Shown here in pieces: positions 32,601 to 44,015 of a DNA stretch of 64,000 nucleotides. Position numbers and translations under genes: made by a program. The notes under the pieces were generated by a model, which was not told where the DNA came from, ran no database searches, and worked only from the letters and a program-made list of their open reading frames with translations. The DNA comes from Lobosporangium transversale (taxonomy: Eukaryota). The DNA is taken from NCBI RefSeq assembly GCF_002105155.1, contig NW_019028988.1:124001-188000 (forward strand), read 5' to 3'. Position 1 is the stretch's first letter. Every line of letters begins with the position of its first letter.

Positions 32601-33295
32601 TTGTATCGTTTGTTTATTGACTGATGTAATATAGCAGCGATAATATTCGCTGCCGTAGTATCGACTTGAAAGAAGGGCAATCTGAGTTGATTCATTCTAC
32701 CGCACCATGGAGCTTGACTAACTTTATCTTTTCCTGTACAACTCGGCGAGACTTGATCTATCACATCGTTTGCTTCCTCGTCTTCTTGCGTTCCCTTGAT
32801 ATATCTGGCTTGGTAAACACAGCTTATAGAGTTTGTTGGGCCTGTTGAAACCTGAGAGAACTACAACAACATATCATGCCTAAGGTGATACATATATCTA
32901 TGTTGGAGTGAATGATGAAATGCCTGTGTGTGATTCAGATGTAATGGACATTTACGGTGAAAGAAAGTATTGAGAGGATGTGAGCGATTATGAGAGCAAG
33001 GAAGAAGGGATTGGTATCCCTTTTCAAGTCCTTGGCAACAGAGCATGAGTAGCAGTTGTGATCACAAGTTGATTTCGGTGAGTCTGCATAACAATGGTCA
33101 TAGTGTCAAGGCCCTATCTTGCATGCACGGCATTGCATTATTGTTGTTTTCAGACCTGGCACCAACCATGCGAGGTATTTTTTTTCTGGGAGTTCCTTGT
33201 GTTAAACGACCAGACAGAAAGCTTAAAAGACATACAGGCACAGCAGGTGAAAAAAATGTATGTGAGCAAACAGTTGTTGTGCTTCTTGTCTGCAC
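29630..33295 (-). pseudogene. Long decayed intronless ORF of unknown family
   Basis: Six ORF-track fragments starting at 33295, 33046, 32764, 32485, 32146 and 31765 share one minus frame, separated only by scattered stops. Protein-like sequence continues after frameshifts towards about 29.8 kb. Confidence 0.5.
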
Positions 33296-33813
33296 ATGTT
33301 GTGCATCGTGGGTTTTTTATTGTTTCGAAAATATTTGGCGAGAATTTTTTTTTGCAAATCTTGTTCATCAGTTACTATCAGTTGTGTGTACACGAACATG
33401 CCAGGCTATTGAATAAACAGCTGAAACGTCTCTTCGGTTTCTGCACACATTTTGCATCGCGGTGTTTTTTTTGTTTTCATCGCAAGAATCGGTCTTGCTC
33501 AAATTGAGAGGCAAGAGAGACCTACAAAGTATATACAACCCCATGGAAGAGTCGCCTGCTCCGGCTGCAAAGCGCGCACGACGCTAGACACAAGTATTTG
33601 GGTACCCGCACACCCACAAAAAAATTTGTAAGTTCTGTTTATTTCCGTTTCCTGTATCCTTTCTACCTAATCTTTAGCCCCTGAATTTCTGGACTTACTT
33701 TAAAAACCTTACAGATCAACAGATAATAAGCAACAAGACGAAAGAAAGACGTGCTTTATTATTGGCTAGTGATCTCTGAAAATATGGAAATAAAAAAAAT
33801 AAAAGTCTAAAAT

Positions 33814-34380
33814 CTAAAAGCAACAACCATCACAGTCACAGTCACAGTCTGCATCGGCATCATCTTCGACAATTGCTTCTACTACAAGCTCAGCACCTTT
33901 TTTCGTAGCAATCATCTGCTCGACAGGGGTATATGAGTAGCGCTGAGTAGTGTCCTCTACATTTGGGCTGATATCTTCTGTGCTTAGGATGATGTCCTCC
34001 ACGTTTAGGGTAGTGTCATTAGTATTTAGATCTGATTTCTGCACGTACTGGCCGTTGGAATCGCCCATTCCACCTGATCCTCCATCATCGCGTTGATGAT
34101 TGAGCTGTTTTTCTTCATGCTCAGTCATATTGGGTTGACGAATGTGTTTGTGGCCTTGTGAGTTAGCGTGGGGCGTGAAGAGAGTGGACAATTTAGGATG
34201 GAAAGAAAACCATTACCATTTTTTTTTCGACTTTTATCACTAAGGCTCAGAATGGCGTAGAATGTCCTAAAGTCGCAAATGCCGCCCAGGGCTAAGCTTA
34301 AAAGATGCCTAATTAAATCAATAGGAACTCTATTTGTATAGTCCTTCCCAAAGTACTCCTTCATGCACGTTCTCAGGAAG
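33814..34380 (-). pseudogene. Frameshifted gene fragment of unknown family
   Basis: Overlapping ORFs 34125-34364 and 33814-34191 in different frames with protein-like composition; no recognisable domain. Confidence 0.3.
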
Positions 34381-34503
34381 CGTAGAAGACAACGTGTTCT
34401 GTAGTTAAACCCTCATTTCTACTGTAGCTTCTAGTTTTATTTTATTTTATTTTTTTTAAATAACAAGGTCTACTGTAGTTTCCAGAGTCGATATGACATA
34501 GAT

Positions 34504-35115
34504 CTTTTTCTTCTTTTTTTGTTGACAACAGGATTAACGAGGCTGACACATTTTGCGGGAATTTAAGTTTAAAAAACTTTAAAACTGAAGAACTATAATG
34601 AATGTACTTGATGTCCATCCTCCGGAGAGGATCGCTTTACAGTCGCCATAAGTCTAGTCACGTTCCCTCGTCAAGCCCTTTGGGTGCCGCGTGACTATTG
34701 CCACGGCTCATCGCCGTGTTTTACGCCGAAAACATACTGTTACAGGAAAGGAATTGCCCATCCTTTCCATGGTTGGTAACCGCCACTCTCCTAACAAGCT
34801 CTGCAACAGAACCTTGTCTGCGATGGGTGGGTCAAGCGTAGGTCCTGGACAGCGCTTGTCGCGATGCACATCCATTGCCGTACCACAAGGACATAAGCCT
34901 TCTGTTGTCAGAAATCCATATCCGTTGCTCCAGTCACCTTTGGTCCAATGTGTGGCGCACGCTTCTGCCTCGGTCTCACACTTCGTTCCTTCTCCTTGGC
35001 AATGGTTTTCTTACAGGGTGGCTTCCAAATCAACTCCATAGCCTGCTGATCAAGGTAGCTAGCGAACTTAGATCGCGCTGTACGGGACAGAGAATTGCAT
35101 TCGTTGATCAAACTA
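34504..35115 (-). mobile_element. 3' fragment of a LINE-like non-LTR retrotransposon (ORF2 C-terminus, 3' UTR, A-rich tail)
   Basis: ELIWKPPCKKTIAKEKERSVRPRQKRA, a frameshift, then GDWSNGYGF...GLCPCGTAMDVHRDKRCPG...ADKVLLQSLLG..RLPTMERMG with a CxC-H-C cluster. About 200 nt of UTR ends in an A-rich tail at 34520-34504. The family assignment rests on recalled resemblance, not a search. Confidence 0.55.
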
Positions 35116-35121
35116 ACCGGG

Positions 35122-35690
35122 TTTTTTTTCCTGTTAACAAGAACCCACAGAGGTGAGGAACTTATTTTATAATCTCACTCTAGATCAATTCTATTGTCCT
35201 CAACTATGGAGCAAGTGGAGCTCTCCAAGTTCGCACGGTATGGGTGTGAAGAGTCAATTCGTATCTATGATTTCTCCACCAATGTACACCGTGATCAGTA
35301 CTCGAAGTCTATCTTTCCGCTGTGACCTGTTGCGTGCCGACTCTAGCTAAGGACGACTTAATTTTCTTTTTTCAATCCAATCCATTGGCATGTGGATCCA
35401 AATCTTGTGGAATTGGTTTAAAATTTCCACTTTGGACTCCGTCAAACTTTGTGATCATCGCCGTCCTAGTCAAGTAGGTGGATGGGGGAATGTGCTGCCA
35501 GATATACCGCTGGTTCGGCTGGGGAGTGGAATATAAACCTAAGACGTGTGGCCAGCCAGGCGAATTAGGGTAGTGCACCCACGATCGTAGCCATAGCGGA
35601 GAACACTAGGCTATCCCGGAGAGACAATATAAAAATTCAAGCAAATCCCTGACCTGGCACATTTTACTTCACTTTATGTGCCTTAACCAG
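35122..35690 (-). mobile_element. SINE copy 1, 5'-truncated (lacks the tRNA head) and uninterrupted
   Basis: Colinear and highly similar to 39815-39973 plus 47475-47911. Ends in an A8 tail; similarity stops at CCTTAACCAG, just short of the B box seen in copy 2. Confidence 0.8.
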
Positions 35691-36401
35691 CTAATAGAGG
35701 AAGAGCAAAAGGTCAATGAAAGATACCCGAATGTAGGACCTAGCATCCGCTTGTTGGGAGACCCCGCATGGCTACAAAATTCATCGTTACCATCATCAAA
35801 TCGAACGCAGGCATCGAGCAATGCTTCAGTTTCAACCTCGTTCCCGGCTCCGTCCTCAGATTCGGCCATGACCTCATTCTCAACTCCGGTTCTAGTCTCA
35901 TCTTCATCTTTGTTTCCGGCACCGCCACCTCCGTCTTCATTTTCATCACCACAGCCACTAAATATGAGGCAGCATGTGTTAGCTCAGCTCCATCCTCGTC
36001 TTTGTTGCCGGCCCCGCATCTACATTCGTCCTCACTTTCGTCACCACAGCCGCTAAATACGGGGCAGCGGATGCTAGCCCCAGCTCCACCTTCGTCTTTG
36101 TTGCCATATGGTTATGACAGATTTCCCTTTGGTCCTATCCCAAAGCGGCGCCCTGGAAATCCACGGCGTTAAACTTAACTATAGGTCAATAAAACCCAGA
36201 GGAAGGCGACTTCCAGTTGGCCCAACGCTCGTCAACTCATATTTGATTGTATGCATGGCATTGCACATGCCTTCATGTTGCTTGCACATTCTTTAATTAG
36301 AGTAAAAGCCCATACAGATGACTACTAAATGCAATATTCATCAATTCGTATCTATCGCCTGACCCATTGTACAATATCTATCGTTTAATGTTGACTACAT
36401 C

Positions 36402-38345
36402 TCAGCTGCTTATTGTAATGCGAAGTTTCCGCCTTTTGTCTTGTGCCACTGCTCCAGAGTCATCATATAAGTCAAGGTCGGAGTCAATATCGAAGTCAAA
36501 ATTCGAGACAGCTTTCGTGAAGAGCACTGATGGGGGGAGTGTAGAGGATGGAGACTTGGTTACCGTCCGTAGTTGTGAATCCCTCACATTGCCGGCAAAC
36601 TTCGCATTATGGCTCTGTAATATTTGAAACAAAAGATAAACACCAAAGGCAAGGAGGTTAAATCTAAAAGTCGACTCGAATGCCATTAATTGTCAATATC
36701 TTATCACTTTGATCTTACCACGAAAGCAAGTAGCAGATGAAGTGAACTCGACGAAAGCCACGTCTTCAACGCCAGCACGTCCCTTGGAAGCCATGCAAAG
36801 TCCTTCGAAGTCTTCCCCGCTCCATGTACATCGTCGTAACGGCGCAATGTATAGAAGTTAAGCACAAATCCATGACCTTCCGCTATGACTGGGAAGTTGG
36901 TGGTGGTGTCAAGTCCATTTTTTTGCAGAGAACGCAACACAGCAGTGTTCAGACGGATAGACTTCTTTAGCTGACGGATACATATCTTCTTAGAAGTATT
37001 TTCAGTCTTGAGTTCGAAGACCGCAATTTCCATATTCCAATGGTAGTCTGTTTTCAAACGAAGCGACAAGTCCACCTTACGGCCCCCGACGGACCTCGTG
37101 GTCGAACCGTAGTTCTTCTCGGCGTTTATCCCTGCATCTTTGCTTGCTGCGGACGCAAGCTCTCCTCTTTTTGAACATAAAATATTAACATTGATGGTTA
37201 GGTACAGCAGCCGCATAATCAGCAGTGAGCGAACAAGTATAAATGAGACTTACGGGATCACTCTGATTGGTTTCCTGCCCATCAGTCTGTTTAAAACGAA
37301 TGCCCACAATGATACAACTGTATGTTCAGTGACTGGTGGCGCGAGTTCGTCGGTCTCCAAACAGGAACAAAGGTGATTGACGACCAGCAGGATATTTTCT
37401 GTCATTTCTCTGAAATCCTGCGGTGTCTCGTCCAAGGCGGCCAGCTGACCCCAGATCCACATTTTTAATTTGCTCAAATCTGGGGTAGCTAAAGGATTGC
37501 GGTCGTCATCTGGGCAAAGAGCACGATGCATTGCGTCCATGAGCTCTTTTACATGCTCTTCTACCACGCTGAAACTTGGCAGCAGTGAGTATTTTTGAAT
37601 TTCTGCGTTAAGTGACAGATTATGGTTAGCGTCCGAGACCGTGTCAATGATCCCAGAAGCGAGCACCCTAATAGTTGAGGAAGTTGAATGGTTTATCATA
37701 CTAATCTTTATCTCCGTATTTTTTACATAAAAGCGGGAAGGGCTTACTTACAACACATCCTTGCTCAGCAAAAAAGATTTTTTTTCAGGGGTGTTGTCGT
37801 CCAAAAGGATCTGTCTAGCACGCTCGAACATCTCAGCATGGTTGTTGGAAATTCTAGGTGGAACCACTGGTATATCAGCCGGTAAGCCGCGGACCTAGAG
37901 GATGGGATGGAAGTCTTAGGTCTTAGCACATGAAAAAAGCTCAATTTCTTACTCAGACCTTAACTCACCCTCATATAGATGTACTCTATTAGAGAATGGA
38001 ACGGATTCTCTTTAAAGTCATCTAGGCCCTCTAACTCATCAATGGCTTCTAAAAGAAAAACAAAAACAAAATAAGAAAAGGAGAGAGTGCAACTGCTACT
38101 GATATGAGGTAATCAATTACCTTCGGATTGCTTGTGTTTCCTCTCTACACTCGCCCAAAACTTGTCTTCATCTTTTCTGAATATCATGAAGGCAGTCATA
38201 TAGATATCCGCCTCACTTTATCAATTTTTGTAGATTTGATAAGAGTCGTGAATGCTTCTTTTGCTGAATCTTTCTCTTGAAACTTGAAGTTCTTAGCAAA
38301 CTTGGGCAGATGTACGTGTTCTTTGCCGGCTGAGATGCACTGCTT
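36402..38345 (-). pseudogene. Multi-exon PD-(D/E)xK restriction-endonuclease-like gene, frameshifted near 38198, no start codon before the adjacent IR element
   Basis: Spliced exons give ...VTEHTVVSLWAFVL...IP|GELAS...GGRKVDLSLR...EIAVFELK...RQLKKSIRLNTAVL, the D...ExK pattern of REase-fold proteins. Confidence 0.65.
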
Positions 38346-38368
38346 GTCACGAACAGCAATGTTGAATT

Positions 38369-39061
38369 AATCTATTTGACAACCCCCCCTTAATTATTTT
38401 TCTCAATTTTTTTTCTTTGCGGGTTGCCAAATAGTAAAATATAAATCTAATTTGACAACCCCAAGCTCACTATTATTTGACAACCCTTTTTTTATTGGCA
38501 AGATTATTATGTGAAAATCGTTTCTATTGCTATCCCTCAGCAACATGAAATCCCTCCAGCAATCTAAAAGCTTCCATCAAATAACAAACTTTTTTTTTTT
38601 GGTTACGAGGTGTTGTTTTTTTATTACAACTGATTTCTAAAACAAGGGTTTGCTTTTATAGAAAATGTGCCTATACGGGTAACATGCACTAAGGGGTTTT
38701 TTTTGGATAAATAAGCATGCATAAATTCGGAGTGGTTATGCGACGCTTGATGGCGCATGCGTAAGACGCGGAAAGGAAAAAAAAGAGAGACAGAAGAAGC
38801 TATAACCACAGTCATGATAATGGAGTGTTGCCACCATTTTAGAAATCCAGCTGAGAAAGGTCCTCCATAAGTACAAGAGGGTGAAGACTTGTCATGTGAC
38901 AGGTTGAAAAAGACAATTTTTCTTCTTTTCTTGACAACCCGGGTTGTCAAATAACAAAAAAGTGAAAATTGAAGACCTGGGTTGCCAAATAAGCCGGTGT
39001 GACTGCTAAATTAGGGGGGGTTGTCAAATAAGAGTGACAACCCGGGGTTGTCAAATAGATT
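38369..39061. mobile_element. MITE-like non-coding element with 18-bp terminal inverted repeats and subterminal TTG(A/G)CAACCC arrays
   Basis: AATCTATTTGACAACCCC at 38369-38386 and GGGGTTGTCAAATAGATT at 39044-39061 are exact reverse complements. The core motif recurs near both ends. No TSD was identified. Confidence 0.7.
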
Positions 39062-39800
39062 CACCCGACTTTTTTGTCTGATTCGAATCAGAAAAGATCA
39101 CGTGTGCTTGATTAATTTGTTCCCTCATTCACTCATTTCCTCATGCATAGTTTTGTCTGTCAAGCCAAGTCGCGTCTTCTAGTTTTCTAGCTCCGTGAAT
39201 AGCTCCAAGAATTCTAGAAGAGCTATAGACCAATGACCAAGGCTCATGGCGCCAAGGAACCTTGATATAAGATTGCACCAGATATCTTCCTCGGATCCTG
39301 TGTATTAAGTTAACTCAATACTTGGAGTTCCGCATTTGGTAAAAGTCATTAGGAAGTATAAATGTACTTCTTTTTTTTTTTTACCGATGTTTAAGTAAAT
39401 TTATAATAAGTAAAAATTTACTTAAGTACATCAGTACGGGTCACTGGCCTTAACCACTCGGCCAAACCTCGAAGGTGTGCTCTGATTGGTGCACCTTTTG
39501 GATAGGCACCGAACAAGCGCTGATCAAAATAGTACACAAAACATTTCTACCTTTACGTCATCTGTTTGAATTAGATAATTAGGAAGAAACCCTTACTGTC
39601 GTAAATCTGCTATTTACGTATCCTCTTCTTCATTATTTCCATCATCATTCAGTACTTTTTATCATTATTTCCTTTATCAATCTGTAGTATTATATTTAAA
39701 TCACTTTGGCTTCTTTGCAAAACAGCATCCCTCTTTTCACTTTTTGATGCTATTTTGCAGGTGAGCGACTTTTCTTATTTTTGTAGTTTTATTTTTCTTT

Positions 39801-39973
39801 TTTTTTTTTTTTTTCCTGTTAACAAGAACCCACAGAGGTGAGGAATTTTATTTCATAATCTCGCTCTAAAGTAATGATATCGCCCTCAACTATGAAACAA
39901 GCGAAACTCTCAAAGTTCGCACGGGATGGCTGTGAAGAGCCAATTCGTATCCATGTTTTTCTCTACCAATGTA
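39801..39973 (-). mobile_element. SINE copy 2, 3' part with poly(A) tail, split off by the pogo insertion
   Basis: Matches 35122-35287; T-run at 39798-39814 on the + strand. Confidence 0.8.
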
Positions 39974-40821
39974 CAGTGGAATCTCGATAATTGTACATTT
40001 TTGTACAAATTTCGAATTTGATATATTTCTAGGCCATTGGTTGGCTAAGAGCCTCTCAATTCAAAAATACTATTGTAAGCTGACCTCTCTATGTCAAACA
40101 TGGCAGGAGGGCAGGTAAGTGACTGGCAAGTGAGGGAGATTGTAGCTAAAGGAAGGGATTGCAACTGAGGGAAGGTGATGGCGTAAGCTTGAAAAGATCT
40201 TGTGGTATTTTTTTTTTTTTCTTTTGTCAATCATCAAACACGACACAATCATAGCATCAGCCATCAAGCAAGTCCCTCTTCTCTAGTCCGTTCTATTCAC
40301 GATGTCGGCTACTCTCTCGAGCAACAGACACAGCTGCAGCTGCATTGGTCCCTCTCTACCCTTAGGGCAGGGAGAGTTTAACAGCCATCTTCGCGGTGGC
40401 AAAATCCCACCATCTTCGCCATGGTGATGATTGTTAGTGACCAGCGCTGTCTCTGCAGTTGGTTTTCTGTCTGCTTCGAGGCCCTCCGCAAGCAAGAAGC
40501 AATTCTACAGGCTGGACGTCCAAACTCTTTCTCAAGCAGCAGACACAGTTGCAGCTGCATTGGTCCCTCTCTACCCTTAGGGCAGGGAGAGTTTAACAGC
40601 CATCTTCGCGGTGGCAAAATCCCACCATCTTCGCCATGGTGATGATTGTTAGTGACCAGCGCTGTCTCTGCAGTTGGTTTTCTGTCTGCTTCGAGATGGA
40701 GCAAGTCTTGATCCTTTTCACTGTCGCCTCTGTCATTCTCGCTGTCAATTGCCATAATAGTAACCACCTCAACATTTTTTCAGTCTACAGCTGATATAAC
40801 ATTTTGCCAGTACTCGATTCT

Positions 40822-40866
<45 letters not shown>

Positions 40867-41133
40867 ATATTAATAATCATATTATTACTATTATCAATAT
40901 TATAACATACAAGACAAAAGAAGGAGGATCCGGAGCATCCGCAGCCGCACATGGACAAGAATGTTTGGCCTTTGTTGTTCACTCACCACTCACTCCCTCA
41001 TACTTATTCGATATATAACATTTAATAAATCTACAGCTCGTCACTTTATTACTTTTTCCGGGGGGCTGGGAATGTGAAAAACCAAGTCTAAAAGTACTCC
41101 TCATGGATGGCACTTTGTGTGCATTGCATTACA
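39974..41133 (+). repeat. Left TIR (1,160 bp)
   Basis: Reverse complement of 46321-47474. The only difference seen is T38 versus A32. Confidence 0.95.
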
Positions 41134-41149
41134 GTACAGCGCAAAATTC

Positions 41150-44015
41150 TCAGCGTTGGGACGAGGGTATATCTGGAAATTTAGCCATAATCTTCGCATA
41201 CGTTTCTTGTTGCTCTTGATGTTTAGCTTTTGCCTCTGCTTGGTCGGCCAAAAACTGCTTCTTATCATACTTGGTACTAGGATCTTCATAATCTGGGATC
41301 TCCGTTAGAAACAATTTGTCAGCATGCAACTGGATGATCTTTCGAGCATCGCCTTTTGCTATTGCTGCAGCAAGCATCATAACATCATGCCGTGCACCAG
41401 GAGACATATTCTGGACCCTCTCATCATAGTCTACTTGCTCTTCAGATCCATCAGTATCCATAGAAGAATCGTCATCTGAGGGTTGGATATGGACACGACT
41501 GACATAGGAGCCTCTCCTACTAGCTTTTGATATCGCGACATATTCGCCCAATTCCTCTGCATCACTGACATATACTTCGTGATCCTCGTCATCGTCATCA
41601 TCATGCTCCTGCCAATCTACATCCATAAGTTCGGCGGCGCTTGGTCTTGGGGCGAGGTACGACAGAAGTTTCTCAGTAACTAAGCCTTCTTCTTCCAGCA
41701 ATTCATTGATGGCATGGTATATGATGGGTGTCCCGTCAAGGATCCTCGCAAATGGTGCAACCGTATTCCTTAGTCTCGCTTCACGATCAGTGCGATTAAG
41801 GTCCCCGTAAGCTGCGCACACAAAAGGATCCTTAGAGCTTGGACTTGGTAGAGGGATGTTAGAACTTGGCACAGAAAGGTTAGGACTTGGTAGAAGAGGG
41901 TAATTGCGCCCCATGTCCGTTGTCGTGTTGCCAGTGTCGTTGGTTGCGGCTTCCTGTGCTTCATTATCGCACACTAGGGCCCAAAGCACATCTGGATCGT
42001 GCGCGACATTGCCTGAGAGCTCATTCTTTTGACGCCTACCAAAAATTGGGACATGACCAAAGCAGTTCCTGATACTCATACTTTTGACCTCGTCCCATGA
42101 TCCAGCAATGATTCTCCATGCATCATAGTTAGAGACGGCATTCACCCGCCTACCATCTACATTGAAAGGGTCCAAACGCATGCTCAGAGTCTGATTCCTT
42201 ACGTTGCTCTGATAGTATCGCTTAAAAACAGATATGATTCCTGCATCAAGCGGCTGCGTGACAGAAGTCGAGTTTTTTGGTAAAAAGATAACTCCGATGT
42301 TGGGGAAGCGCCGCCTGTCCTCATCCAGGAGCTTATGGCAGCCTGCATTATCAACAAGTAGCGCAACTTTTCGCTCATTATTTTGGGCAGCAATTGATTC
42401 TTGAAACCTCTCTAGCCAACTTAAAAACACGATTCTTGTCATGTAGTCAGGGCGATGGCGAGGCTTCTTTTGGCTTCTCGTATGAGTACTGCTCAGACTT
42501 TCGTCATGATCCTCAAAATCGCTGCCATGGCCCTGAGCAGCCTCGTTCCATGGATGAATCTCTATAAGTTCCTGAAGAATGCTATCATTATGGAAGCCTC
42601 GTGGAAGATATTTGCCTAGAAATACTCTGGTTATTACATACACTGTTTGAAATGCTTACACGCTTGAAAAATGAAAGGGGAAAAATATGAAAAATACTCT
42701 CAAACACTTACTGAGGACAAACGGCTTTCTTTTATCTGTCCCGGTAGCATTGGTACAAAGGAGTATAGAAACCCTTGTAGACGGAATCTTTATCCCTGCC
42801 AGCTTTTCAAAGTCCAAAGTCCATGAAGATAATGTCTGGAGAAACAAGCCAGTCTCATCGGCATTATAGATATCTTCAATGCGATACGCCTCCAAAGCAA
42901 TCTTTATCTTTTCAACCTCCTCCGCAATAGCTTCCAGGTCAACTCCGCCCGCTTCTCCCATCATCTTATGGTATGTAATACCCCAATGGGCCTTGAATGA
43001 GTCGAACCACCCTGATGAAAATGAGGGCTTTGCAAATTCCAAAGGACCCAACTTTGTCACAAGCATATCATAAACATGGCCCGCCATTATCCTCATCAAC
43101 GGTTGATTGACAGGCAGTCGGCGCTCGGACAAGAACTACTTCCACTGGATAAAAGGGCTGGCGCACAACTTTGAACTTATTGCCCCAATTGGCCCGCGGT
43201 TCGAGCTTGACTTTCTTTTCCCAATCGAGTAAGCGATTAATGGTATGTCGGCGAAGGTGATGCTCCTCTTCAAACGGTCCTTGCTTTGGGAAGGAATGCT
43301 TTCCGCCAAACAGCTGATGGTTGGCTACATGACTCTTCCACATTTGAAGGATATATTCCTTCACGTCAAAGCTATGTATTTCGTACTTTGAAGTGGATGG
43401 TTTGGGCATTAAAACCACAGGCTTATTGATGCGTCCCGCAGGCCCATGTTTAGAGCCGACAGATTGAAACCGTTGGGGGCTTTGTATAGGCTGTTGTCGG
43501 AACTGTTGTGGGGGCTGTGCCGCGGACAGCAGCGGATACTGTGGTGGTGGTGGTAGAAGGGGTGTTTGAAGCCGCTGTGTAAGTTGGGGCGCAGGAGATA
43601 GTTGATTCAGTGGTGTTGGGCGCTGCTGTTGAAGTTGTGGTGCGGGCGGCTGTAGATTGAGCGGTGGAGGGAGTTGATATGGAGTTTGCGGTGGAGGGAG
43701 GAGTGGATACTGTGCTAGTGGAAGCGGTGCAGGAAACTGTTCTGAAGATTGTGATGAAGGCAGCACGGAACTAAGCCATGGGGGATGTTGCTCTGACGAG
43801 TTTTGTTTTGATGAGCCTTGCATTGAGGAGTCTTTCTTTTGTGCATCAAGAATCTGCTGCCTATACTTCCATAAGTCCAAAGGAGCCTCTTGAGAACTCG
43901 TGGAAAGCTGTTGAGACTTTCTATGACTAGGCGAAGCTAGCAGATCGCTATGCATATTCGTCTCGTTGTAGTTCACAAATATCAAGCGCTGTTGAATGGG
44001 TGTTTGAGACTCCAT
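41150..44015 (-). CDS. pogo/CENP-B-like transposase (HTH_Tnp_Tc5 + DDE_1), intron about 42711-42616, apparent frameshift near 43130
   Basis: FSSGWFDSFKAHWGI, IYNADETGLF, VSILLCTNATGTDKRKPFVL, LLVDNAGCH and FLPKNSTSVTQPLDAGII, with 34 residues between the 2nd and 3rd Asp. Q/P-rich N-terminal extension and acidic C-terminal extension. Confidence 0.9.

Noticed and set aside
40316..40695. CRISPR-like array
   Set aside because: Only two long repeat units, no spacer series, no cas genes, and a eukaryotic context.
40045..40982. Short ORFs inside the TIRs, mirrored at 46472-47403
   Set aside because: They lie in several overlapping frames, are broken by the internal duplication and have no domain signature; treated as non-coding TIR sequence.
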